IMG/VR virus record: IMGVR_UViG_3300046003_005733
Location: 5,668-69,667 of that record
Origin: a virus
Lineage: Duplodnaviria; Caudoviricetes
DNA length: 64,000 nt
Reading direction: 5' to 3' (one strand)
The translations under genes and the position numbers were made by a program. Shown here piece by piece: positions 55,073 to 64,000 of this stretch (position 1 is the stretch's first letter; each line of letters opens with the position of its first letter). The notes beneath the pieces are model-generated. The model was not told the origin of the DNA. It searched no databases and was given only the letters and a program-made list of their open reading frames with translations.

Positions 55073-56278
55073 TTACCACCTTCTATTTCGTCTTCCTAGC
55101 GTATTTAATGTATTTACTAAAGGAGAGTGTCTTGATTTAATTTTTACCTGTGCGCCTTCAACCCTATTATCTAGAAAAGTTCCTGCGTCCTTTTCCATAG
55201 CCGCTAGTTTTCTTTCAGCCGATTGCTTATTTTGCTCATCTCCCATAGCTTCTAAACAGGCAATAGCAACTCTTTGTGCTAATATTGGATGTAGCTCTGA
55301 TGGGATATTGGGTACAATTGTCTCTTCCGCAGCAGTAGTATAATCCCCTATTTGAATATCAGGGATACTAGAAGCAGGAAAGCTCATAGTATTTAGCGAT
55401 GGACTTATGTCATTTTTGATAATATCATAATATAGAATTTTATTTGGGGAGACATGCTGAACAAAATCAAATAATTCATCTGCTATCATGTGACTTGGTA
55501 ATGTTTTAAATTTAATACTTTTTACATCAAGCATCAATGAAGCACTACCGCCAGTTCCAGATAAAGAAATAGAAGATGTAATACCAAAACTATTTGGATT
55601 AATAACATAAATTTCATAAATACCACTAAAAATACTTAGGTCAGATAACGTAATTCCAGACAAGGATACTTTTTTTCCATTACTTATTCCATGATCTGGA
55701 CATGTGATAATAGCTTTAGATCCACTTGGAGTAAGAGAAGTTATACTTTTAGTTATAGGAGTAATTTTATCTACTTCTACCAAATCGGTTATAGTTTCAA
55801 TTACTGCACCATTAGATTCTAATATTAAAGAATTTGGGCGCATATGAAAATACATACGTAAATTCTGACCTATATTTGTTTGAAAATTTGTTAGAATAAC
55901 ATCATTATTTTCTAAGTAGAAACCACGAGCATTAATGTATGCTGTAGTATTGGAAAAATCAGATAATTCATTTAATGAGTACCTGTGCATTTCAAAAACA
56001 TTTTCGTTTTCATCAATTAAAGCAACATCTCTTAATTTGTTACCATGTGCTCTAGAGGGAATGGGATATCTTTTTTTACCTAGTTCGAGTTTAACATCAA
56101 TATAATGCACTAAATGTTCTTCATGCATTCTTTGAATTAGAGGAACTAAACCTAAGTTAACTTCTTCTGTAGCCATTTCTAATAAGTCAGTGTCTGTGAA
56201 TGTTTCTTGACTTGTAGGTATCATAGCTCTACGCTTGATACTTCGTATCAAATCTGCAGTCTTTAAAATACTACTCAT
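55073..56278 (-). CDS. Tail tubular protein A / head-tail adaptor-like protein
   Basis: LIRSIKRRA...FTDTDLL...RYPIPSRA...VPNIPSELHPILAQ; upstream of nozzle-like gene. Confidence 0.65.
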   Translation of the reverse strand: MSSILKTADLIRSIKRRAMIPTSQETFTDTDLLEMATEEVNLGLVPLIQRMHEEHLVHYIDVKLELGKKRYPIPSRAHGNKLRDVALIDENENVFEMHRYSLNELSDFSNTTAYINARGFYLENNDVILTNFQTNIGQNLRMYFHMRPNSLILESNGAVIETITDLVEVDKITPITKSITSLTPSGSKAIITCPDHGISNGKKVSLSGITLSDLSIFSGIYEIYVINPNSFGITSSISLSGTGGSASLMLDVKSIKFKTLPSHMIADELFDFVQHVSPNKILYYDIIKNDISPSLNTMSFPASSIPDIQIGDYTTAAEETIVPNIPSELHPILAQRVAIACLEAMGDEQNKQSAERKLAAMEKDAGTFLDNRVEGAQVKIKSRHSPLVNTLNTLGRRNRRW

Positions 56279-56290
56279 TTTAAACCTTAA

Positions 56291-56689
56291 TTATTTGCCG
56301 AGTTTTTTCTTAAGCATCTCATAGGCAGCTTCCATTTCTGAAGGAGACATTTCTGGAAGTTCGGAGGAAGCACTTTCTTCAGATTCGTCTGAAGAGCTTT
56401 CTTCTCCATCTTCACACATGTCACAACCCTCTCCTTTACAACTGGAGCAAGATTGTTCTTCGGATTCTGTTTCTTCATCTTCTGAAGGAGATTGATCTTT
56501 TTTAAGTTTCATAAGCTTTTCAGCCATTGATAAACCTTTTTTAAGACCTTCAGGAGAATCAGACATAACGGATACTTTCTTAAGACCTTTTTTGCCAATC
56601 ATATCCTTCATTGGAGAATACATATCGTCAGACATCTCCTTTGAAAGTTCTTTTAGCATTGCAGACTTAGCTTTTGCTTTCTTTTCCAT
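56291..56689 (-). CDS. Small charged low-complexity protein
   Basis: AAGGAG RBS, late-promoter motif upstream. Confidence 0.7.
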   Translation of the reverse strand: MEKKAKAKSAMLKELSKEMSDDMYSPMKDMIGKKGLKKVSVMSDSPEGLKKGLSMAEKLMKLKKDQSPSEDEETESEEQSCSSCKGEGCDMCEDGEESSSDESEESASSELPEMSPSEMEAAYEMLKKKLGK

Positions 56690-56713
56690 AGTTTACAGCT
56701 CCTTATTGCTACA

Positions 56714-56726
56714 TATTATAAGGGTG
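56714..56726 (-). promoter_or_regulatory. Putative late promoter CACCCTTATAATA
   Basis: Repeat of the motif, just downstream of a terminator. Confidence 0.65.
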
Positions 56727-56785
56727 TTATAGCCAAAGAATGTAATTTAGACTTTAATACAATAAAATTAAGTAGTTATAAGATA

Positions 56786-56813
56786 TAAAAAGGGGTGGAT
56801 AAACCACCCCTTC
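56786..56813 (-). terminator. Intrinsic terminator
   Basis: AAGGGGTGG-TTTAT-CCACCCCTTTTT on minus strand. Confidence 0.8.
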
Positions 56814-56870
56814 ATTAGGTAAGATACTAAAATTAGTAGTCCATATTTCTAGTTCAATATCTTGCCTTGA

Positions 56871-58499
56871 TTACTTTAAAGAGAAGTCATTATCAGAAGC
56901 TTCAGCGATATCGGCTCGACTAAGCACTAGCAAGGCTCTGTCCGATTTAGAGATAATAATTTTATGTAATTGAAAATTATCACCCCCAACCATACCAGCT
57001 TTTAGCTTGCCAAGTTTTTGGGCAGAAAAATCTCTGAACGACATAACGATTCTTTGAGAACCGCCAGCTTTTTTGAAAATACAAGAAACTAGTTCCCAAC
57101 TTGTATCATCAGCAAAGGCAGCAGAACTAGATAATTTAGGCACAAGTTTTAATTGAGCTTTGTCTAAGTTTGTAGCAATTGGTTGCCCAGCAGATGGTTG
57201 AGATGTAGAGACAAGGCCCGCAGTTACAGTGATGTTTGTTCCTGAATTTGCTTGATAGTTTGCTTTTCCATTTGCAATCAATAAAGCAGGAATGTCCCCT
57301 GTTAACTCATTCCAATGAGATGACGCAAGAGCACCTGTGACCGGATGCTTATCTGCAGCGTAAAGATGTGCTTGCGTACATTTAAAGTAACGATTAGAGA
57401 CAGTAACAACTTCGTTTACTGGTATTGTTTTACCAGCAAGATTTGTGTAACTTGGCAGAATTAAATAACCATAAGTAACTAGACCGCCCAGTCCTTTAAT
57501 GACGTTATTGCTAACAGTAGCATTTCCTCCTCTCATTCTTAAGGAAAGACCAGTCATGTTGAAATATGCCCCAGAAGGATTAACAGCTTTACCTTTAAAT
57601 TCGTTGCCTGTTACGATTGACCCATAAGCATCAATTGTTGCAATTTGGTTTCCAGAGTAAACGCCACCTGTTGTCATCCCACCGCAGATCACATCCAATT
57701 TGTTGCCAGTAAAAGTGATAGGCAAGTTTGCACTTTGGAAAACTACACCTTGACGAACAGCACCAGCAACGGGGTTTACACCTGAAAAAGTTTTTCCAGA
57801 AAATAAACAATTTGTTACGGAGCCATTACCGACCGCGGCGTTCGGGTCTGCGTGCATAGCGTAGTCGCCAGCGGCAACAAATTCACAGTCTGAAATGCTA
57901 AAGCCAGTAGACGATGTGCCAGTGACTTTACTTGCACCCTGATTCGCTAATGAGGCACCGATATAAATCGCAGAAGCGTTACCATCGGCTTGAGAGCTAG
58001 AATCGTCTATTACTTTAATCTTCGACATTGTAAAGCCAGAAGCCCGTAATTCAATAGCCCCAACTTTCCCCCAATGTTTTATAATTTTATTGGAAAGAGT
58101 TGTTGTGAAATTTTTATTAATATAAATTTTTCGATTGGCAACATCTATTGATGTAATCTGTGCAGCCGATGGAGTGTTAGCTCCTGTTGTACTATCACTG
58201 ACAGACATACCTACTGTGAAAGCAGGCAAGGCTGCGACTCCACCTACAGTGAAATAGTTGTCACCAGAAGTCCAAGAGCAGACTGAAACTGTTTGGACAG
58301 CAGCAAAAGGTATGCCCTGAATGATTGTGGTTTCTTTACTTGCACCAACAAAGGTTAGATTGTTTTTAAAAACTTCGATTGATTCAGTAAAAGTTCCTTC
58401 TCCAATGTCGATTGTATCACCAGAAGAAGCTGCCATATAGGCACTTGCAATGTCAGTGTGCGTACCTGACCCGTTTTTCCGCACATTAAATATAGCCAT
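56871..58499 (-). CDS. Right-handed beta-helix (pectin lyase-like) tailspike/receptor-binding protein
   Basis: VRKNGSGTHTDIASA...SGDTIDIGEGTFTE pectinesterase-like N-terminus; xTGNxF repeats; YFKCTQAH...W carbohydrate-binding-like insert. Confidence 0.75.
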   Translation of the reverse strand: MAIFNVRKNGSGTHTDIASAYMAASSGDTIDIGEGTFTESIEVFKNNLTFVGASKETTIIQGIPFAAVQTVSVCSWTSGDNYFTVGGVAALPAFTVGMSVSDSTTGANTPSAAQITSIDVANRKIYINKNFTTTLSNKIIKHWGKVGAIELRASGFTMSKIKVIDDSSSQADGNASAIYIGASLANQGASKVTGTSSTGFSISDCEFVAAGDYAMHADPNAAVGNGSVTNCLFSGKTFSGVNPVAGAVRQGVVFQSANLPITFTGNKLDVICGGMTTGGVYSGNQIATIDAYGSIVTGNEFKGKAVNPSGAYFNMTGLSLRMRGGNATVSNNVIKGLGGLVTYGYLILPSYTNLAGKTIPVNEVVTVSNRYFKCTQAHLYAADKHPVTGALASSHWNELTGDIPALLIANGKANYQANSGTNITVTAGLVSTSQPSAGQPIATNLDKAQLKLVPKLSSSAAFADDTSWELVSCIFKKAGGSQRIVMSFRDFSAQKLGKLKAGMVGGDNFQLHKIIISKSDRALLVLSRADIAEASDNDFSLK

Positions 58500-58559
58500 T
58501 ATTACTCCTATAAAAGAAGGATTAATTTCCTTCTTAAATTAAATTAGTCAACATAATAA

Positions 58560-58583
58560 CGGCACCGAGTAAAATCGGTGCCG
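58560..58583 (-). terminator. Intergenic hairpin (terminator or processing site)
   Basis: CGGCACCGA-6nt-TCGGTGCCG. Confidence 0.6.
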
Positions 58584-58590
58584 CTCTTAA

Positions 58591-60111
58591 TTAATAAGCG
58601 TAGACAACAAAAACGTTCATTCCTGCTTCGATGGCTTCTTCACCAGATGGAGATAGGAGAGACCCTTTCCAAACTATGCGAGACTTACCGTTTACAACAG
58701 TAACATCAAAATCCTCACCTTCATGAACAGCAAGACGACCTACTGCACACGACATGATTTTCATAGCTGTGATAGCTAACTCAACGAAATCAAGCTGCTC
58801 TGCAACAACAGTCAATTTTTCATTACTGAATGTTCGTGCTTCAAGAGCATCGAGTCTTGAGTCAAAGCCTTGCTCAACTGTAGCAACACGAGACATCTCT
58901 GAATCAAGATCAGAACGAATGTCTTGAGCATAACCATCAAGATCATCAACATCAGATCTAATATCTTGAGCATAACCATCGAGGTCGTCAATGTCAGAAG
59001 CAAGATCAACATCCGCAGCAGCACGAGCAGAAGCTTCAGAAGCCAAAGCTGTGTTATTAGAAGTAACGTAGCCGGCAAAAGCTGAATCATTTCCAACATC
59101 AACAGAGTTAATCAATTGAACGATTTCTGCAAACGAATCTTTATCCGCATCAGAAGCAGAAAGAATTGCGTCAATTCGAGATTTTTCAGTATCAACTTGA
59201 GACTGGAGATTTGCGTCAGCAAGAGCAAATTCTCCACGAATGGTGATATCTGCAGCTTGACTTACAGCCCAACGATCTTGACTTACAGCCCAGCGATCAT
59301 TCCCCATCCTATTTACGTAATCAATTTCTCCTAGAAGTTCGGCATCGGCTAAAATACGAGCAGCTTGCTCAATAGAATCAGCAGATTGTCTAGTAGAAGC
59401 TTCAGTAGAAACTGCAGCAGCTCTATCGTCAATTTCTTTATCTAAATCAGATCCTACAGTTAAGAGACTAGCTTGAGCCTCAGACATATCTGATTCAAGA
59501 CTTGTGATGTTGCTTTCAGCTGTAGAAAGACCAGATTCAAGACTTGTGACTTTTGGCTCAAGAATGTCGAGGCGACCATCAAGCCCTGCTACTGCTGCAT
59601 CATTAGAAGTAACGTAGCCGGCAAAAGCTTGGTCGTTCGTCGTATCAACAGAGTTAATCAATTGAACAATTTCAGCAAATGAATCTTTATCAGCATCAGA
59701 AGCGGAAAGGATAGCGTCAATGCGACCTTTTTCAGTATTAACTTGAGACTGAAGATTTGCGTCAGCAAGAGCAAATTCTCCACGAATATCAGAAGATTCT
59801 TCGTTTATAAGATCAGTTAATGACTGAACTTCTTCATCAATAATAGTACTAAGATTTTGATCTTCTCGCTGACGAGAAGTCTCTTCAGTCTCAAGTTTAC
59901 CTTGAAGATCTGAAACCTGAGCGTCTACAACTTCTTTAAAAGCAAGCTCTTGTCCACCAGATACTAGCTTATCGCTACCATCCATTTTTAATAATTCGAC
60001 TTCTGATCCATCCTGTTTCTGACCACGAATTGATTGGTCTTTTTGAAGTTTAAGTTTTTGTCCATCGACTGCGTCGTTTTGGATAAACTTCTTTTTAATT
60101 TGCTGGGCCAT
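58591..60111 (-). CDS. Coiled-coil fibre protein with internal duplications
   Basis: Heptad pattern; two copies of IRGEFALADANLQSQV.TEK.RIDAILSASDADKDSFAEIVQLINSVD...FAGYVTSN. Confidence 0.75.
   Translation of the reverse strand: MAQQIKKKFIQNDAVDGQKLKLQKDQSIRGQKQDGSEVELLKMDGSDKLVSGGQELAFKEVVDAQVSDLQGKLETEETSRQREDQNLSTIIDEEVQSLTDLINEESSDIRGEFALADANLQSQVNTEKGRIDAILSASDADKDSFAEIVQLINSVDTTNDQAFAGYVTSNDAAVAGLDGRLDILEPKVTSLESGLSTAESNITSLESDMSEAQASLLTVGSDLDKEIDDRAAAVSTEASTRQSADSIEQAARILADAELLGEIDYVNRMGNDRWAVSQDRWAVSQAADITIRGEFALADANLQSQVDTEKSRIDAILSASDADKDSFAEIVQLINSVDVGNDSAFAGYVTSNNTALASEASARAAADVDLASDIDDLDGYAQDIRSDVDDLDGYAQDIRSDLDSEMSRVATVEQGFDSRLDALEARTFSNEKLTVVAEQLDFVELAITAMKIMSCAVGRLAVHEGEDFDVTVVNGKSRIVWKGSLLSPSGEEAIEAGMNVFVVYAY
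59056..59787. repeat. About 190-bp intragenic direct repeat (59056-59241 and 59602-59787)
   Basis: Near-identical DNA blocks 546 bp apart. Confidence 0.85.
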
Positions 60112-60141
60112 GATTTCTCCTTGTTTTTGTTATGGCGGGGG

Positions 60142-60519
60142 TCAGTACTGAATTATCAGTACATCTGTACTATCTAAAAAATCATCTAATCCTAAATTTT
60201 CCCATGATAATTTACTACCGATAATACTATAATCAACTCCATTAACTTGAGATATTCCACCCTCTGGAGTAACAATTACAGCACTAGGAATTAAGGGTGT
60301 TTGCGCAAGCGTCACAAACTTATCATTTATATTTTGTTGCGTTAATTCAATTGTTTCAACAATAAAGCCGGAGGTAGCACCAACTAAAAAGCCACCAGAT
60401 ACAGAGCCATCTCCACCGTAAAATGCTTTTTGATCTAAGTCATATACAAGTTCACTAACCTCTAGAACGAGGTTATTTCTTTGAGCACTGGTTAATTTGG
60501 GAGCTTTAAAAATTGCCAT
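60142..60519 (-). CDS. Fibre-associated protein (hyaluronidase/major-tropism N-terminal-like motif)
   Basis: LTSAQRNNL....ELVYDLDQKAFYGGDGS. Confidence 0.6.
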   Translation of the reverse strand: MAIFKAPKLTSAQRNNLVLEVSELVYDLDQKAFYGGDGSVSGGFLVGATSGFIVETIELTQQNINDKFVTLAQTPLIPSAVIVTPEGGISQVNGVDYSIIGSKLSWENLGLDDFLDSTDVLIIQY

Positions 60520-60691
60520 CGTATACTCTTAATCCTTGATCAATGCCAGAAGGACTATCCTCTCTAGAACCCATATCAATCATGAGATCGCTATCCATCG
60601 TACCCAAATCAATATCGCCCACATCTTCCACGATAGGAATTGGAGCTACCCAGATTAGATTCATAATGAATGGGTCAAATTTCCAAGACAT
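60506..60691 (-). CDS. Small virion-associated hypothetical protein
   Basis: WKFDPF start; in operon. Confidence 0.55.
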   Translation of the reverse strand: MSWKFDPFIMNLIWVAPIPIVEDVGDIDLGTMDSDLMIDMGSREDSPSGIDQGLRVYDGNF

Positions 60692-61537
60692 TTAATACCT
60701 TGTCTTTTGAATAGACACTATTGCTTTTTTTGTCGCATCAATATAGGTTACTAGCATTTCTTGAACTAAATTAGAATTATATTTATAAGAATACAGCTCT
60801 TGATTTTCAAGTGGAAATGTTGTTGCAATTTCATCCCAGACTACTTCTTGAATGGTTGTTGGAAGTTCTTCTTTAATTTCAAATTGTCCAGAGAACACAT
60901 TAAATATGTAATTCTTTAAAACTTGTCCTTTATATACAGGATGCAGATCCTGATACCCTATTTGAATATAACTAGCTAATTCTTGCTCTCCTCTAGAGTT
61001 TACTAACGCAAACCCAGTTCCTTCCTCTGATGAATCAAGTATCTCACCCATTCCAACAGCTGTAATCTCAACGACCGAATTAGATCTAGATACTGAAAAA
61101 TCAGATTTAAACAAAGAGTTTATAATCAAACCCACAGCCATAGATATAACAGAAGATCCTTCATTTTTATTTATAGGAATCTCAATCGGTGTAGATCCGG
61201 GAATTGTTGGAGGAACTCCTAGATTATCTACATTAAACCAAATATGGAATGGGGTATTATCTGGACAAGAGTATATTTTAATATATGAATTTTGGAGGGA
61301 GGCTTCAACATCGGCAACACAGCCTATTATAGTTGTATGAGATCTTGTTCCTCTAAAATAAGAAACTTCTGATGGTAAATTTAGCTCAGTGTATAAAACT
61401 CTAAAGTGAGTATAAAACTTATCTACTACGGACCTAGTATCGGATACCCTAATAGACTTAGCATGTAAGTCATGGATTTCCTTGACAATTAAGCCCGGAT
61501 CATAGAATGAATTTGGATTAGGCTTTACCTGTGCCAT
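60692..61537 (-). CDS. Virion structural protein
   Basis: FHIWFNVD motif shared with nozzle inserts (FATWFNVS, YRTWFDKG). Confidence 0.6.
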   Translation of the reverse strand: MAQVKPNPNSFYDPGLIVKEIHDLHAKSIRVSDTRSVVDKFYTHFRVLYTELNLPSEVSYFRGTRSHTTIIGCVADVEASLQNSYIKIYSCPDNTPFHIWFNVDNLGVPPTIPGSTPIEIPINKNEGSSVISMAVGLIINSLFKSDFSVSRSNSVVEITAVGMGEILDSSEEGTGFALVNSRGEQELASYIQIGYQDLHPVYKGQVLKNYIFNVFSGQFEIKEELPTTIQEVVWDEIATTFPLENQELYSYKYNSNLVQEMLVTYIDATKKAIVSIQKTRY

Positions 61538-61547
61538 GTTACCTCTG

Positions 61548-61560
61548 TATTATAAGGGTG
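61548..61560 (-). promoter_or_regulatory. Putative late promoter CACCCTTATAATA
   Basis: Directly upstream of AGAGG RBS and ATG 61537. Confidence 0.65.
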
Positions 61561-61594
61561 CTTTCTATGCCGTATTTAAATAGCCGAAATTACA

Positions 61595-64000
61595 TTATAC
61601 TGAGGTTGTAATTGCCCTAAATTTAAGGATTCCAGAAACAAAACCAGCCACGTTATCCGACGTATACTGGATTTGACCAGAAGTAGTAATACTAAAGGCC
61701 ACACCACTAATATCTCCACTAGAAATAAGAGTGATATCCCAGTCAGATCCTTTCTGAATTCCTGAAATCTTAACAGTCTCATACAATGAAGCGGTCGCCT
61801 CTATTTCAATAGATACAAGTGCTTCAAATGCTCTTACAATTGAATTTGAAAATACAAAATTATGGACATTGTCTGGAAGTGCCTGTGAATTTGAAATGCT
61901 AAACAACTTCTCATCAATGTCTCCCGTAGATGTTATTCCAGTTATTAGGGTATCTACCTGAGCTTTTGTATAGTATCTGATATCTCCTCTAGCATCAGTA
62001 TGGTATTGGATATGATCATCGTTACTTAATCCTGACAAAAGACTATGAGTAGTCGCTTCTCCAGCTGGAGTATAAAGCTGAGTTCCTCTAAAATCAATGT
62101 AAGTAGCTCCATTTACACTCACAACCCTAGCATCTGGAGTATTAGCATAAGTATTAGTTTGGAACAAAACTGTACCAATTGCTACAAATTCTGCAAAAGG
62201 AAGTCCAGATAGACTAGTAATTTCAGTACTTGCCGCAGCTTTTGCTTGGGGAGCATTATTATATTGAGCAATACCTTGAATACCAACAATAGGATTTTCT
62301 TTATCGTTTGTTGCAAAAAAATGTACTAATACATAATTTGCACTACTTACTTGTGTTAACTGCCAAGATCCGCCAGCAAATTCATTGAATGGTATTCTTC
62401 CATTGACTCCTGTATATCCAGCTGTACCGCTATAGATTAAAGGAAATGCATCCGCTGCTTTTTTTCTCCATAACTGACCCTGTCTGAAAAGAATAGGAAT
62501 CTGAGCCTGAGCTGCACTTGATAAAAGTATATCTTCATCTCTAATAGAGCCTTCATCAGCGGTAAACTGAGCATGTGCGTCAAGACTACCATTGCCATCA
62601 GGCGTAAAACCTTGTAAGGCTAATCCTGATAAGTACCTTGCTCCAAAAGTAGTATGTAGGTATATGTGAGTTGCCCCATCCATCGTTATACCATGTCTCT
62701 CTTCTGCAAAATACGTGTGGGTATTTAAATCTGTGTTCCAATAAATAACTGAAACAAAAGCATTCTGCTCAATAATATCACTACTAAATATTTGGGTAGA
62801 TTCTAAAACTCCAGAAGTATTAAAGTAAATATAATGATTTCCAGCAAGGTTAGGAATCGTAATTTGTTGAGAAGTTGTTTTTGTAAACTTGGTGCCTTTA
62901 ATATAAAAGCTAAAAGAAGCACTAACCGGAGCTATTGCAAAAAGTCTAGATCCATCAATGAAACTTGTTGTTGAATCTGTTCTATTAATAAACCCAGTAG
63001 GCTCTTTTGTATCTTGATAAATAGCCGTTCCCGTGGCTGCAGCTTGTATTTCAACAATAGCATCTTGCACATTATCTGATGAAATAGTTAATGTAGGAGA
63101 AAATGGAACATCTATTGCGTTTAGAGTAACTGCATTAGTTTTTCCATTAACTGAAGTAACAGGTGCCGTAGATAACTCAGTATAAACTGTTGTGCTCCAT
63201 CTGTATATTTTATTAGTATCTAACGCTACGTATACAATTCCTGCCACTCCGGGTATAGGAAATGCTGCTAAATTAGCAAACTCTAATACATCAGCTGAAA
63301 ATGTAGATGCAGGAAGCTGAGAAAGAGGAACTTTACCAGTTTCATCAAGAGAAGCAACTCCATTTATTGCAGCTTTTTCAGTTATAGCAATTTTGTTAGC
63401 AGCTAAACTATCTAAAGCAGCTTTAACTTCCGTTGGAGCCGGAGCTGCCCAATTTCCTGAAATAATTGGAGTATAGCGAATTGCTTGTGCAACAGAAGTT
63501 TGAACAAGCTGAGCTGGATTTGTGCCAGTTAAAGTTACAGTTCCAAGTGGATACGAAGTTGCGTCATAATTAAAATAACACGGGTATGAAGAAGCGTTAC
63601 TTGCAATTGTTAAATTTCCTGCAATAATGGTTCCCCAAGCATCTGTATAAATATCATGAGTTGTAGCAGATATAGAAATTACACCGATGTAGTTTGAACG
63701 AAGACTTGCTGTAATAGCAGATCCAAAGGAATCTGGTACAAGACATCCAACGTCATTCATTACTAAAGTGCCAATTCCTGTAGAGTCAAATATAGTAGTG
63801 GCTGCTGAGCGAATAGTACAAGATCCAGTAATTCTTGTGTCGTTTCTTAGTTGGATAAAATCCCGCCCGCCCCCTCTCCCATTAAAGAGAATAGAAGGAG
63901 CATCGACATTATCTAAATCCAAAACAATTCCAGAAGTTCCTGTCGGATTATCATTGAGGATTTCAAGTCCAGAAGTAAATCCAATATCTTTAATAAACCT
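61595..64000 (-). CDS. Tail fibre protein, 5' end beyond the window
   Basis: Frame stays open from 63922 to 64000; NGVASLDETGKVPLSQLP, VTSVNGKTNAVTL, HSLLSGLSNDDHIQY fibre motifs. Confidence 0.8.
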   Translation of the reverse strand, partial: RFIKDIGFTSGLEILNDNPTGTSGIVLDLDNVDAPSILFNGRGGGRDFIQLRNDTRITGSCTIRSAATTIFDSTGIGTLVMNDVGCLVPDSFGSAITASLRSNYIGVISISATTHDIYTDAWGTIIAGNLTIASNASSYPCYFNYDATSYPLGTVTLTGTNPAQLVQTSVAQAIRYTPIISGNWAAPAPTEVKAALDSLAANKIAITEKAAINGVASLDETGKVPLSQLPASTFSADVLEFANLAAFPIPGVAGIVYVALDTNKIYRWSTTVYTELSTAPVTSVNGKTNAVTLNAIDVPFSPTLTISSDNVQDAIVEIQAAATGTAIYQDTKEPTGFINRTDSTTSFIDGSRLFAIAPVSASFSFYIKGTKFTKTTSQQITIPNLAGNHYIYFNTSGVLESTQIFSSDIIEQNAFVSVIYWNTDLNTHTYFAEERHGITMDGATHIYLHTTFGARYLSGLALQGFTPDGNGSLDAHAQFTADEGSIRDEDILLSSAAQAQIPILFRQGQLWRKKAADAFPLIYSGTAGYTGVNGRIPFNEFAGGSWQLTQVSSANYVLVHFFATNDKENPIVGIQGIAQYNNAPQAKAAASTEITSLSGLPFAEFVAIGTVLFQTNTYANTPDARVVSVNGATYIDFRGTQLYTPAGEATTHSLLSGLSNDDHIQYHTDARGDIRYYTKAQVDTLITGITSTGDIDEKLFSISNSQALPDNVHNFVFSNSIVRAFEALVSIEIEATASLYETVKISGIQKGSDWDITLISSGDISGVAFSITTSGQIQYTSDNVAGFVSGILKFRAITTSV

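Larger units (their letters stand above)
1..64000. mobile_element. Tailed bacteriophage genome fragment (podovirus-like gene content)
   Basis: Dense small ORFs, phage replication module (helicase, primase, PolA, RNR, ERF), lysis enzymes, and an opposite-strand virion module with tail tubular/ejection-type proteins; no host housekeeping operons. Confidence 0.95.

Noticed and set aside
59056-59787. Fibre duplication as a diversity-generating retroelement TR/VR pair
   Set aside because: Both copies are in-frame within one gene, differences are mostly synonymous rather than adenine-specific, and no reverse transcriptase is in the window
1-64000. tRNA/tmRNA genes, integrase, capsid/portal/terminase
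   Set aside because: None recognised by eye; head and packaging genes probably lie beyond the window

Overview
AT-rich fragment of a tailed dsDNA phage genome, probably a lytic podovirus-like phage. No integrase, tRNA or CRISPR was seen. Layout: (i) 1-1411, end of a minus-strand block (kinase-like ORF, HExxH protein, small basic protein); (ii) 1558-41767, a long plus-strand early/middle arm with many small ORFs, near-consensus sigma70 promoters, DUF932, Gp88-like, DenV-like glycosylase, PhaR-like protein, MoxR-type AAA + DUF2201/VWA pair, SLT, class II RNR, Cas4/RecB-like nuclease, ERF, DnaB-like helicase, primase, family A polymerase, Mom-like enzyme, M15 peptidase, exonuclease, HNH, MazG-like, ClpP-like and ClpX-like genes; (iii) 41894-64000, a minus-strand virion arm (holin-like, ejection proteins, tail tubular A/B-like, beta-helix spike, fibres). 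Three observations stand out. (1) About 24 small proteins with unrelated bodies share a C-terminal tag (LSSLExELL* or TSLGKELF*), conserved at protein level and interleaved among core genes. (2) The phage ClpX lacks the Zn-binding domain and the ClpP-docking IGF loop, and its neighbouring ClpP has a signal peptide. (3) About 12 sigma54 (-24/-12) consensus boxes lie in both orientations at 4383-6191, in non-coding DNA near the start of the early region. Also seen: a repeated TGACGCA promoter element, a CACCCTTATA late-promoter motif and three structured-RNA candidates. All family calls come from motif recognition by eye, with no database search.
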